From positions 1 to 42,024 of the forward strand of contig JBKJLC010000097.1 in NCBI GenBank assembly GCA_046597055.1: 42,024 nucleotides of DNA. The letters run 5' to 3'. The translations under genes and the position numbers were made by a program. Positions within the stretch are counted from its first letter, which is position 1. Every line of letters starts with the position of its first letter. The notes beneath the pieces were generated by a model, which saw nothing but the letters and a program-made list of their open reading frames with translations, searched no databases and was not told where the DNA came from. Origin of the DNA: Kofleriaceae bacterium (lineage in GTDB: Bacteria; Myxococcota_A; Polyangia; Haliangiales; Haliangiaceae). Positions 1-16,073 of this stretch are shown piece after piece.

Positions 1-87
1 AAGGGAGCACGCCAACCAGGGCGACCACGGGGAGCGACGGGCGCACGGGTGCGCTGGCACGGGTGGAGGCGGCGAGTGGGGCGGGGA

Positions 88-198
88 TCAGAAGTCGGCG
101 AAGCCGAGATCGAGCTCGGGGTCGTCGTCGGGCGGGGCGCGGGCGGGGGCGATCGGCGGGACCTCGGTGGGGAGGCCGAGGTGAGCGACAATTCGCTC
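88..198 (-). mobile_element. C-terminal remnant of an IS91-like (rolling-circle, Y2) transposase
   Basis: Minus strand reads ERIVAHLGLPTEVPPIAPARAPPDDDPELDLGFADF*, resembling the recalled 'ILxHLGLP...APARxPP' tail of IS91-like transposases. The rest of the gene is absent and the integrase fragment takes its place. Confidence 0.55.
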
Positions 199-205
199 CT
201 GCTGA

Positions 206-628
206 CTCAAGGCGCTGTGCGTGGTGCGCACCGGCCACATCGTTCGGAACGCCGACGGCACGCCGATGCGCGACGCGCAGACCTCGCACGCCACCTACCG
301 GGTGTGCCGGCGTGCCGGGCTGCCCGAGCGTGGCTGGCACGTGCTTCGGCACCGCTTCGGGACCCACGCGGCGCGGTTCGGCGTGAACCCGTGGCAGCTC
401 ATGGAGTGGATGGGCCACAAGCGCATCGACGAGACGATGGGCGACGTGCACATGGTCGAGCGGCAGCCCCGACCGATCCCGGGCGATATCGTCCGGGCGG
501 GGCACGGGCAGGCCGATCCGAGCGCGCGCGTGTTGGCGATGCTCGGGGCGCGCGCGCACTGCCGTGGCAGCGCCGTGCCAGCAGGCCGGGCTGCGGCGAT
601 CACTTCCGAAGTGATCACCGCAGCTTAA
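206..628 (+). pseudogene. Tyrosine recombinase/integrase C-terminal fragment, truncated and catalytically dead
   Basis: Box II motif WHVLRHRFGTH...MGHKRIDETMGDVH. In-frame TGA at 203-205 immediately upstream, and no N-terminal domains. The expected catalytic Tyr (TxxYxH) is Asp (GAC, 443-445). Ends 4 nt from the tRNA-Gly 3' end. Confidence 0.85.
590..624 (-). terminator. 17-bp inverted repeat just 3' of tRNA-Gly (terminator/processing hairpin or att-associated palindrome)
   Basis: gctgcggcgatcacttc-c-gaagtgatcaccgcagc. The single mismatch becomes a G.U pair on the tRNA (minus) strand. No U-tract. Confidence 0.5.
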
Positions 629-632
629 GTCG

Positions 633-704
<72 letters not shown>

Positions 705-726
705 AACGGAGTGCGTGTGGGAGGGA

Positions 727-755
727 CTTGTAGCGAGGCGGGCCGCAGGAGTCAA
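727..755 (-). promoter_or_regulatory. sigma70-type promoter of tRNA-Gly
   Basis: TTGACT-N17-TACAAG on the minus strand; the -10 lies ~22 nt upstream of the tRNA. Confidence 0.65.
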
Positions 756-2524
756 GCACCGGTCGGCCGTTTCAGATCTGCCCGTGCTGCGGGGATGGCG
801 ACCTCGCCCAGGATCTCCGGAGCGGTGTCGTCGGGTGCGACGTCGGCGGCCCAGGTGTGGAGGGCCGGGGCGCCGAGCTCGTCGGCGAGCCTGGTGAGCG
901 CTGCGGCCAGGTTCCCGGCGTCGGGCCGGTCAGCGGCGGCCTTGCTCAGGCAGCGCGAGATGAGGTCGCGGAGGGCAGCGGGCAGGGTGTCGGGCAGGGG
1001 CGCGGGTTCGAGGTGGACGTGGGCGAACAGCCACTGCATGGGCAGCACGGCATCGAAGGCGGGGCGGCCGCTGGCGGCGAGGTAGAGGACCATGCCGAGC
1101 GCGTAGACGTCGGCGCCGCCGCCGACCGCGTCGGGCCGCGACACCTGCTCGGGGGCCAGGAACTGCGGGGTGCCCACCACGGCGCCGTGCTCGGTGAGGG
1201 CGCTCGCGGTGAGCGACTCGCGGAGCTTGGCCAGGCCGAAGTCGAGCAGGCGACAGCCAGGTGGCTCGGGGGTCAGCATGATGTTGGTCGGCTTGACGTC
1301 GCGGTGGATCACGCCCTGGCCGTGGGCGCTGGCGAGCGCGTCGGCGACCACGCCGCCGAGGCGGGCGACCACCGGCGCTGGCATGATGCGGCCGGGGATC
1401 AGGTAGGCCTCGAGGGTCTGGCCGGTGATGAGCTCGAGGGCCTGGAACAGGCGGCCCTCGCCGGTGACGCCGACATGGAGCACGCGCACGATCGCTGCGT
1501 GGCTGAGGCTGGCCGCGGCGGTGGCCTCCTGGAGGAACCGGTAGCCCTCGTTCACGTCGCGGAGCTGGGCGCGCACGACCTTGAGCGCGACCGGTTGCTC
1601 GGCGAGCCGGTCGTGGGCCGCGTAGACCACGCCCATGCCGCCGACCCCGAGGACGCAGCCGAGCTCGAAGCGATCGCTCACCACGGTGCCCGCGTCGAGC
1701 GGACCGTCGCCGTGCTCGGCGACCACCAGGCGCCGCAGGGCCGCGGCGAGCTCGTCGGAGCGGGCCTTGACCTGGCCGGCGAGCTGCCGGTTGAGGGTCT
1801 CGATGCGGTGGGTGCTCTCGACGATCTCGCCGACCTGGGTCGCGACCCGGCTGGCCAGGTCGTGGTTGGCCCGCGCCAGCTGGACGCGGGCGACGCACTC
1901 GCGCACGAAGCTGGCGAAGGTCACCCGTGCGAACACGACCTGCAGCAACGCGAACGCGAACGCGACGCTGAGCTGCCCGATGCGGCTGTCGGCGTCCGGG
2001 TACGCGGCGAGGCAGGCGACGGTCACGACCGTCAAGCCGGCAAGCTGGGCGATCACGGTCACCCAGCCGCGCGGGTGCACGAGGATGGTGGTCATCATCA
2101 CCCCGATCAGCCACGCCGCCATGCGGAACTGGTACTGCGCGGTGTTGGCGGCCAGCACGGCGCCGATCAGCACCGAGAGCACCATGAACAGCTCGCCGAG
2201 CCGCCGGCGCAGCCCGCGGAGGTGCGGATGGCCGACGCGCGCGATCGCGTACATCGCGACGGCGGCCGCCGAGCCAGTGAGATCGATCATCAGCACGCCT
2301 CGCAGCCAGCGCGCAGCGGCCTCGTTGACCGGCGTGACCACCAGCGTCACCAGCCCGGCGGCCAGCATGATCGCGGCCAGCACCGGGGTGGCGGTGCGGA
2401 CCCGGGCGACGTTGAGCGCGACCCTTTCGTCCTCGACCAGCGCGGCGTCGGCCGCGGACAGGTCGCAGGTCGGCGCGAGCAGGCGCCGCCAGCCACGAAC
2501 ACCCTCGGGGGGCGGCGGGTCCAC
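752..2524 (-). CDS. Membrane-anchored Hanks-type Ser/Thr protein kinase (N-terminal multi-TM region, coiled coil, C-terminal kinase)
   Basis: GVGGMGVVY, VALK, HRDVKPTN, DFG, GTPQFLAPE and DVYALG motifs; about 6 hydrophobic helices at the N-terminus. Start placed at GTG 2524 (TATCCT 6 nt upstream); the ORF-track extension overlaps the divergent lipoprotein and glmS. Confidence 0.92.
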   Translation of the reverse strand: MDPPPPEGVRGWRRLLAPTCDLSAADAALVEDERVALNVARVRTATPVLAAIMLAAGLVTLVVTPVNEAAARWLRGVLMIDLTGSAAAVAMYAIARVGHPHLRGLRRRLGELFMVLSVLIGAVLAANTAQYQFRMAAWLIGVMMTTILVHPRGWVTVIAQLAGLTVVTVACLAAYPDADSRIGQLSVAFAFALLQVVFARVTFASFVRECVARVQLARANHDLASRVATQVGEIVESTHRIETLNRQLAGQVKARSDELAAALRRLVVAEHGDGPLDAGTVVSDRFELGCVLGVGGMGVVYAAHDRLAEQPVALKVVRAQLRDVNEGYRFLQEATAAASLSHAAIVRVLHVGVTGEGRLFQALELITGQTLEAYLIPGRIMPAPVVARLGGVVADALASAHGQGVIHRDVKPTNIMLTPEPPGCRLLDFGLAKLRESLTASALTEHGAVVGTPQFLAPEQVSRPDAVGGGADVYALGMVLYLAASGRPAFDAVLPMQWLFAHVHLEPAPLPDTLPAALRDLISRCLSKAAADRPDAGNLAAALTRLADELGAPALHTWAADVAPDDTAPEILGEVAIPAARADLKRPTGA

Positions 2525-2636
2525 GCACGCAGGATAACCCGGTCTGTGTCCCTCCTGACGATCTGCGCGCAGGCGCCGTGTCGCCGACCGGAGGTGGCAT
2601 TGCCGGTGCCCCGGAACGGGTGCTAGCTTCGCCCCA

Positions 2637-2840
2637 ATGACGCATCGTCTGGGGTCCTCTCTCCTCCTGTGTCTTCTCGCCGGGACGCTCGCGGCGGCCA
2701 CCGCCGGGTGCAAGACCGGATCGGCCGGCACGGTGCCCACCTCCATCCCGGTTGCGACCTTCTCCGCTCCGGACGAGGAGGAGCTGTTCCCCGAGGAGGA
2801 GGAGGCCGAGGACGCCGCACCCGCCCGCGAGGGCGAGTAA
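2637..2840 (+). CDS. Small acidic lipoprotein (hypothetical)
   Basis: Signal peptide with lipobox-like TAGC and a Glu-rich tail; stop is 3 nt before the glmS ATG; TG-N-TAGCTT 7 nt upstream of the ATG. Confidence 0.7.
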   Translation: MTHRLGSSLLLCLLAGTLAAATAGCKTGSAGTVPTSIPVATFSAPDEEELFPEEEEAEDAAPAREGE

Positions 2841-2843
2841 CCC

Positions 2844-4667
<1,824 letters not shown>

Positions 4668-4675
4668 CGCGCCGC

Positions 4676-5143
4676 GTGGCCCGGCTCACTCATGTCGACG
4701 CGCGCGGTCGCGCGCAGATGGTCGAGGTCGGCGCCAAGCCCGAGACCGAGCGGGTCGCCACCGCCTCGGGCGAGGTGCGGATGGCCGCCGCCACGGTGCG
4801 ACTGGTCCGCGGCGGCAAGGTGCCCAAGGGCGACGTGCTGGCGGTCGCCCGGCTCGCCGGCATCCAGGCGGTCAAGCACACCCACACGCTGATCCCGCTG
4901 TGTCACCCGCTGCGGGTGAGCGGCGTCGAGGTCGACATCGTGCTCGGCAAGGCCGGCGCGCGGATCACCGCGACCGTGCGAGCGGTGGATCGCACCGGCG
5001 TCGAGATGGAGGCGCTCACCGCCGTCTCGGTCGCCGCGCTGACGCTGTACGACATGGTCAAGGCGGTCGATCGCGGCATGTCGATCGGGCCGATCCAGCT
5101 CGACGAGAAGCGCGGCGGTCGGTCCGGGCACTGGGTGCGCTGA
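4676..5143 (+). CDS. moaC: Cyclic pyranopterin monophosphate synthase MoaC
   Basis: [33 protein letters not shown] and YDMVKAVD motifs. Confidence 0.97.
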   Translation: MARLTHVDARGRAQMVEVGAKPETERVATASGEVRMAAATVRLVRGGKVPKGDVLAVARLAGIQAVKHTHTLIPLCHPLRVSGVEVDIVLGKAGARITATVRAVDRTGVEMEALTAVSVAALTLYDMVKAVDRGMSIGPIQLDEKRGGRSGHWVR

Positions 5144-5250
5144 CCACGGCCTCACCCCGGGCGGGCAGGGAGGCGCGGGCCTCACGCTGGCTGCCCCATC
5201 ATCCGGCGGAAGCGGCTGTACGGCCGCCGGTTTCGGCCGACTCATAGGCC

Positions 5251-6426
5251 GTGTCCGGCGCTGCCGGCGCCCCGCCGAGCCGACCCGTGCAGCTGCTGAT
5301 CCTCGACGACGACGCGCGCATCCTCCGCGGGCTCGCGCGCGCGCTCCGCTCAGCCGCGCCGCGCGACTGGGAGACCACGACCGCGGGCTCGGGCGCCGAG
5401 GCCCTCGAGCTGCTGCGCGCTGGCCGCTTCGACGTCGTGGTGTCGGACATGCGGATGCCCGGCATGGACGGCCCCAGCTTCCTGTCCGAGGTCCGCGACC
5501 GCTGGCCCGACACCGCGCGCCTGGTGCTGTCGGGCCACGCCGATCCGCCCGACTCGGCCCGGGCCGCCCGGGTCGCCCACCAGTTCCTCGACAAGCCGCT
5601 CCGCGTCGGCGAGCTGGTCGCGATCATCGCGCGCGTGGCAGAGGCCCGCCGTCGGCTCCCCGCCGGCGAGCTGCGATCGGCGCTGGGCACGCTCGGTGAT
5701 CTGCCGTGCGCACCGGCCTCGCACGGCGAGCTGGTCCAGATCGCCGCCGACGCCAGCCCCGACGTCCTGGTCGCGGTCGTGGAGCGCGATCCGGCGCTGG
5801 CCGCGGCGGTGCTGAAGCTGGCCTCGACCTCGTTCTTCATCCGGGGCGAGGCGACCTCCGACGTCCGCCAGGCGGTCGTGCGGCTCGGCCCCAACGTCGC
5901 GCGGGCGACCCTGCCCGCCGCGACCGTCGTGCTCGCGCCCGAGGTCGGTGGGCTGATCGATCGGGTGCGCGCGCGCGGGTTCGAGGCCGGCTCGCTCGCC
6001 GCGCTGCTGGTGCCACCAGCGGCGAGCACCGACGCGTTCGCCGCGGGCCTGCTCGCCGAGCTCGGGGTGATCGCCCTGGCCGCGCTGTTCCCGGCCGAGA
6101 CGCTGTCGATCGAGGCGCGCGCCGCCGCCGGCGGCCGACCGCGGGCCGAGTTCGAGCGCGCCCGCTGGGGCGCGAGCCACGCCGAGATCGGCGGCTACCT
6201 GCTGGCGCTGTGGGGGCTGCCGCCCGCGCTGGTCGACGGCGTGCGGTTCCACCAGGCGCCCGCCCACGCCGATGCCACCTCGCGGCCGATCGCGATCGCG
6301 GCCCACGTGGCCCACGCCGCCCTCTCCGGCGAGCCGATCGACGAGACCACCGCCGGCGTCGCGGCCGCGCGGCTCGACAGCCTGCGCGGCATCGAGCCCG
6401 CGCGCGCCTCTCGGCGGGCGCGCTAG
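5251..6426 (+). CDS. Response regulator with HDOD output domain
   Basis: Receiver motifs LDDD, SDMRMPGMDG, LSG, KP; HDOD features DPALAAAVLKLA.S.FF and HAEIGGYLLALWGLP...HQ. Confidence 0.9.
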   Translation: MSGAAGAPPSRPVQLLILDDDARILRGLARALRSAAPRDWETTTAGSGAEALELLRAGRFDVVVSDMRMPGMDGPSFLSEVRDRWPDTARLVLSGHADPPDSARAARVAHQFLDKPLRVGELVAIIARVAEARRRLPAGELRSALGTLGDLPCAPASHGELVQIAADASPDVLVAVVERDPALAAAVLKLASTSFFIRGEATSDVRQAVVRLGPNVARATLPAATVVLAPEVGGLIDRVRARGFEAGSLAALLVPPAASTDAFAAGLLAELGVIALAALFPAETLSIEARAAAGGRPRAEFERARWGASHAEIGGYLLALWGLPPALVDGVRFHQAPAHADATSRPIAIAAHVAHAALSGEPIDETTAGVAAARLDSLRGIEPARASRRAR

Positions 6427-6452
6427 GACTCGAACGCCTCGCTGCGGCTAGC

Positions 6453-7027
6453 TCAGGTGCCGCCGCCGATGCTCGCCACCACGCCCAGGGTGCCCTGCCC
6501 GTCGGCGATGATCCCGTAGCGGGCGCTGATCCCGCAGATCGGGCGCCAGCCGAGCCCCGGGATCCGCAGGCGGCCCTCGACCCCGGTCGCGCCGAACGGG
6601 CCGGCGTGGTCACGCTTGCCGTCCCGGAGGACCGGGTCGTTGGTGCGCAGGAGCGCGCCGCCGCCGCCGATCCACAGCACCGCCCGGCTGCGGGCGCCGA
6701 GCACGACCCGCGCGCGCACGCCGAGATCGATCTCGATCATGGAGAGGGTGCCGGAGATCCGGGCGCCGCCGTCGTAGCGCGACCACACGGTCGACCACGC
6801 CAGTCCCCAGCCCCAGCGCTGGGTCGGGGCCATCGGCGCGTAACCGGCCTCGAGCCCGTACGCGAGGCCCAGGCCGATGTCGTTGGCGAGTCGGCCGGTG
6901 CCGTTCTTGGCGCCGAGCAGGATCGACAGGCGACCGGCCGGCAGCGGCTCGGCGCCGGCCGACGAGATCCCGGCGCCGGCGAGCCCAGCCGCCAGGGCCA
7001 GCCCCGCGATCGCCACCCCGGGTCGCA

Positions 7028-7028
<1 letters not shown>
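6453..7028 (-). CDS. Exported protein, probable outer-membrane beta-barrel
   Basis: Signal peptide MRPGVAIAGLALAAGLAGAG...AGA and alternating amphipathic strands with aromatic residues. The ATG at 7028 overlaps the TGA of the cNMP gene (TGATG). Confidence 0.7.
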
Positions 7029-7546
<518 letters not shown>

Positions 7547-7583
7547 GTCGCGCGAGGATCCCACGCGGGGCCCGGCGTCGCAA

Positions 7584-7637
7584 GTTCACGTCCGGGGCTG
7601 ACCGACCGGCATGCCGGAAATCAGCCCCGGTGCGAAC
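7584..7637 (-). terminator. Strong hairpin downstream of atpE (terminator or mRNA stabiliser)
   Basis: ccggggctga (7592-7601) / tcagccccgg (7621-7630) perfect 10-bp inverted repeat, with an inner ccggcatgccgg palindrome. Confidence 0.55.
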
Positions 7638-7652
7638 CGGCTCGGTCGCAGA

Positions 7653-7991
7653 TCAGATCTTGCCGAAGAGCAGGAACGCCACGATGAGCGCGTAGATGAC
7701 CAGCGACTCGATGAGCGCGAGCGCGAGAATCATCGGGCCGCGGATCTTGTCGGCGGCGCCCGGGTTGCGGGCGATGCCGTCGAGCGCGGTCGCGGCAGCG
7801 CGACCCTGGCCGAGCGCGCCGCCGAGGGCGGCGATGCCGAGGCCGAACGCGGCGGCGATCGCGATCAAGCCGGCGTCGTCGGCGATCAGCATGTCGCGCT
7901 CGTTGCCCTGCGCGAACGCCACGCTGGCGAAGCAGAGCACAACGAGGAAGCTGAGGATGGAGGTGATCTTCTTGGTCGTGCGGTTAGCCAT
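7653..7991 (-). CDS. atpE: F0 ATP synthase subunit c with N-terminal signal-like extension
   Basis: [18 protein letters not shown] loop and IESLVIY with the ion-binding Glu; AAGGAG RBS. Confidence 0.97.
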   Translation of the reverse strand: MANRTTKKITSILSFLVVLCFASVAFAQGNERDMLIADDAGLIAIAAAFGLGIAALGGALGQGRAAATALDGIARNPGAADKIRGPMILALALIESLVIYALIVAFLLFGKI

Positions 7992-8052
7992 TTGCAGTCT
8001 CCTTCAGGTGTCCGGTCGCGCGGGCGCGCGGGTTACCAGGTCGTGACGGTGC

Positions 8053-8829
8053 TCAGTGCTCCTCGTGCTCCACGGCCATGGACAGATAGACCATGGTCAG
8101 GGTGCAGAAGACGATCGCCTGGACCAGGCACACGAGCAGGCCCAGGAGCATGAACGGCAGCGGTACCAGCAGGGGCACCAGCGTGAAGAACGAGAAGACC
8201 ACCTTGTGGTCGGCGATCATGTTGCCCATGAGCCGCAGCGACAGCGAGATGGGGCGCGCGAGGTGGCTGACCAGCTCGATCGGCAGCATCAGCGGCGCCA
8301 GCACCGGCGACGGGCCGAGGAAGTGCTTGAAGTAGGCGAGGCCGTTCTCCTTGACGCCGTAGATGTGCGTCGCGAAGAAGACGATGCCGGCCAGGGCCAG
8401 GTTGGTCTTGAGCGTGTCGTTCGGCGAGACGAAGCCGGGGACCAGGCCGATGATGTTGCCGAACAGGACCCAGAACCAGAGGGTCGCGACCAGGGGGAAG
8501 AAGCGGCGGGCGTTCTTCTCACCCATCGCGCCCTCGACCATGCCGTAGACGCTCTCGGTCATGACCTCGAAGAAGTTCCGCAGCGTCATCCGGCGCGGCG
8601 GGACCAGGCCGCCGTCGGCGCTGGACAGGCCGGCCCCGAAGCGGCTCGCGCCGTAGGCGATGAACGCGATGACGAGCATCGTGATCAGCACCGGCGTCAG
8701 GCTGAAGTGGCTATCCCCGAACGCGAGCCAGCGCCAGTCGCGACCGAGCGCGTGCTCCGACTTCTCCTGGATGGTCTGCCACCAGGAGAAGCGGTTGAGG
8801 AAGTCGAACCAGGTTCCGTGCTCACCCAT
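8053..8829 (-). CDS. atpB: F0 ATP synthase subunit a
   Basis: PIELVSHLARPISLSLRLMGNM (essential Arg), VQAIVFCTLTMVY and a C-terminal EHEEH. Confidence 0.97.
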   Translation of the reverse strand: MGEHGTWFDFLNRFSWWQTIQEKSEHALGRDWRWLAFGDSHFSLTPVLITMLVIAFIAYGASRFGAGLSSADGGLVPPRRMTLRNFFEVMTESVYGMVEGAMGEKNARRFFPLVATLWFWVLFGNIIGLVPGFVSPNDTLKTNLALAGIVFFATHIYGVKENGLAYFKHFLGPSPVLAPLMLPIELVSHLARPISLSLRLMGNMIADHKVVFSFFTLVPLLVPLPFMLLGLLVCLVQAIVFCTLTMVYLSMAVEHEEH

Positions 8830-8835
8830 GGTCGT

Positions 8836-9279
8836 TCAGCTCGGATGGGAGTTGGATCCGTCCGGTGACGGATGGGAGGGGGAGTCGGTGTCCGCGGCGG
8901 GCGCCGGCGGACGGAACGCGTGCAGGATGCTCTCGACGACGATCGACACGATGAAGATCGAGTACCCGATCACGAAGAAGATCGCGTCGATCGGGAGCAG
9001 CCAAAGTGACAGCACCACCGCCGCCATCAACCCGACCATCTTCGGGAGCACGAGCATCATGCGGTCGGCGCCCGGCTTGTCGTCGCCCTTGCCCTTGGCG
9101 CTGGCGGTCCACTTGAAGACCAGCCGGCGCAGGAACGCGAAGTTCAGGCAGGTGAGGGCGACGCCGACCGCGGCGCCGAGCGCCTGGTCGCGCCGGGTGA
9201 CGATCGCCACCACGATGACGAGCACGCCGCCGAACAGGTAGTTCAGCCGCTCGATCCGGGTGAGTGATGCCTCGTCCAT
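8836..9279 (-). CDS. atpI: ATP synthase subunit I (AtpI family, 4 TM)
   Basis: Four hydrophobic helices with an LNF motif; directly upstream of atpB. Confidence 0.8.
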   Translation of the reverse strand: MDEASLTRIERLNYLFGGVLVIVVAIVTRRDQALGAAVGVALTCLNFAFLRRLVFKWTASAKGKGDDKPGADRMMLVLPKMVGLMAAVVLSLWLLPIDAIFFVIGYSIFIVSIVVESILHAFRPPAPAADTDSPSHPSPDGSNSHPS

Positions 9280-9281
9280 GA

Positions 9282-9626
9282 TCAGGTTCCCACCAGCTTG
9301 GATTCGCCGGCGGCAGGATCCGCTTCGCCGTCAGGGAGGTCGTTGAGCTTCGCGTCCTTGGCGGCGTACCGCATGACCGCGCGCATGCCGGCGGCGAAGC
9401 CGACCACGAGGAAGCCGATCATCATCCACGGAGCGGTGCCGAGCCGACCGTCGAGCCAGCGCCCGAAGAACAGCCCGAGGAGCACCGCGACCGACAGCTC
9501 GATGCCGACCGAGGACGCCGACATCGTCTCGTAGTACGCGCGGGTGCGCGCAGCGAGCGGTGCCGCGGCTCGGAGGGCCGGCTTGGTCGGCTGCGACAAT
9601 CCGTCGCTATGTTGGCGATGTCCCAT
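9282..9626 (-). CDS. atpZ: AtpZ/AtpI-family (ATPase gene 1) protein
   Basis: GIELSVAVLLGLFFGRWLDGRLGTAPW motif; first gene of the atp cluster. Start uncertain; ATG 9626 lies downstream of the predicted promoter. Confidence 0.85.
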   Translation of the reverse strand: MGHRQHSDGLSQPTKPALRAAAPLAARTRAYYETMSASSVGIELSVAVLLGLFFGRWLDGRLGTAPWMMIGFLVVGFAAGMRAVMRYAAKDAKLNDLPDGEADPAAGESKLVGT

Positions 9627-9657
9627 TGGAAACGGCAGGTTCAGGCGGGCCGGGCGG

Positions 9658-9686
9658 CGTATAACAGGCGCCGTCCGGACGGTCAA
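9658..9686 (-). promoter_or_regulatory. sigma70-type promoter of atpZIBE
   Basis: TTGACC-N17-TATACG with an extended -10 TG, just after the hemL stop. Confidence 0.65.
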
Positions 9687-9688
9687 TA

Positions 9689-10978
9689 CTAGATCTGGCC
9701 GAGCGTGTCCCGGGCGGCGTCGCAGATCTCCTCGGCCTCGCGATCGGACAGCGCGAGCGACACGAACGCGGCCTCGAACTGGGAGGGCGGGAGCGACACC
9801 CCACGCTCGCGCATGCCGCGGAAGAACTTGCCGAACATCTCGAGATCCGAGCCCCGGGCGGTCTCGTAGTCGACCACCGGACCGTCGGTGAAGAAGAGGG
9901 TGAACATGCTCCCGACCCGGTTGACCGAGGCCGGGATGCCGGCGGCGCGGGCGGCCGCGAGCCAGCCGTCCGAGATCACCTGGCCGAGGTGGTCGAGCCG
10001 CTCGTAGGTCCCGGGCCGGCGCAGGAGCTCCAGGGTCTTGAGCCCGGCGGCCATCGCCAGCGGGTTCCCCGACAGGGTGCCGGCCTGGTAGACAGGGCCG
10101 AGCGGCGCCAGCTTCTCCATGACGTCGACCCGACCACCGAACGCGGCGGCCGGCAGCCCGCCGCCGACGATCTTGCCGACGCAGGTCAGGTCGGGCGTGA
10201 TCCCATGGAGCGCCTGGGCGCCGCCGTAGGCGACCCGGAAGCCGGTCATGACCTCGTCGTAAATGAGGAGGGTGCCGTGGCGCTCGGTCTCGGCGCGCAG
10301 GGCCGAGACGTACTCCGGTGACGGCGGGACGCAGCCCATGTTGCCGGCGATCGGCTCGACGATCACGCCAGCGACGTCGCCGCCGGCCAGGACCGCGCGC
10401 AGGGCGGCCAGGTCGTTGTGCGGGATCGTCAGCGTGTCCTTGGTCGCCCCGGTGGTGACGCCGGCCGAGCCGGGGATGCCAAGCGTGGCCGCGCCCGAAC
10501 CGGCCTTGACCAGCAGCGAGTCGGAGTGACCGTGATAGGCGCCGTCGATCTTGACGATCTTGTCGCGGCCGGTGAAGCCGCGGGCCAGCCGCAGCGCGCT
10601 CATGGTCGCCTCGGTGCCCGACGACACCGCGCGGACCCGCTCCATCGAGGGGATCGCCGCGCGGATCGCCAGCGCGAACTCGACCTCGAGCTCGGTCGGG
10701 GCCCCGAACGTGGTGCCGCAGGCCATCGCGCGGGCGACCGCCTCGAGCACCTCGGGGTGGGCGTGGCCCAGGATCAGCGGCCCCCAGCTCCCGACCAGGT
10801 CGAGGTACTCGTTGCCGTCGGCGTCGTAGATGCGGCCGCCCTCACCGCGGACGATGAACAGCGGCTCGCAGCCGACCTGGCGGCAGGCGCGGACCGGCGA
10901 GTTGACCCCGCCCGGGATGATGCTCTGCGCGCGCGCGAAGGTCGCGCTCGACTTGGTCGTGGGCCGCTGGTCGGACAT
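9689..10978 (-). CDS. hemL: Glutamate-1-semialdehyde 2,1-aminomutase
   Basis: [46 protein letters not shown] (PLP Lys) and [10 protein letters not shown]. Confidence 0.98.
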   Translation of the reverse strand: MSDQRPTTKSSATFARAQSIIPGGVNSPVRACRQVGCEPLFIVRGEGGRIYDADGNEYLDLVGSWGPLILGHAHPEVLEAVARAMACGTTFGAPTELEVEFALAIRAAIPSMERVRAVSSGTEATMSALRLARGFTGRDKIVKIDGAYHGHSDSLLVKAGSGAATLGIPGSAGVTTGATKDTLTIPHNDLAALRAVLAGGDVAGVIVEPIAGNMGCVPPSPEYVSALRAETERHGTLLIYDEVMTGFRVAYGGAQALHGITPDLTCVGKIVGGGLPAAAFGGRVDVMEKLAPLGPVYQAGTLSGNPLAMAAGLKTLELLRRPGTYERLDHLGQVISDGWLAAARAAGIPASVNRVGSMFTLFFTDGPVVDYETARGSDLEMFGKFFRGMRERGVSLPPSQFEAAFVSLALSDREAEEICDAARDTLGQI

Positions 10979-11053
10979 TGGAGACTTCCCTTCGATGCGC
11001 GGGCCTGATCCCGCGGCCTGCGACGGCTTGTCGCCGGGCCGCGGGCTGCGTCG

Positions 11054-13756
<2,703 letters not shown>

Positions 13757-13950
13757 CGAGACTCCGCCGAAAAAAGCATGCTCTTCCTACCCCGGACGGG
13801 GGTGCGAGGGAAGGTGCGGCGGTGTCGAAATCCCACTGTTATCTCAATATGTTGCAGTGAGATCGGATGGTGTGAGCGAGCTGCCCACCAGGAGCGTGTC
13901 GGAGCCGGCCGCGCGCTTGCGTTTCCCGGCCAGCCGCTCTAACCCTCCCC

Positions 13951-15975
<2,025 letters not shown>

Positions 15976-16073
15976 CCGCGTGTGAGCCAGCATCGCTGGC
16001 AATCACCGGTGCGCGCTGGCAGCTTGAATAGGCGGCGACGGCCAAGCGTCGTGTCCAGGGTATGCTCCCCCAT

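Noticed and set aside
2640..2843. glmS ribozyme upstream of glmS
   Set aside because: The region is occupied by a plausible lipoprotein ORF and lacks the ribozyme core consensus.
5205..5250. sigma28-type promoter before the HDOD regulator (GCCGACTC)
   Set aside because: Weak -10 match and no TAAA-like -35; not supportable.
7653..9626. Incomplete or degenerate ATP synthase operon, or an N-ATPase
   Set aside because: Split atpZIBE versus atpF-HAGDC clusters are normal in deltaproteobacterial lineages; gene order and the c-subunit sequence do not match N-ATPase operons.
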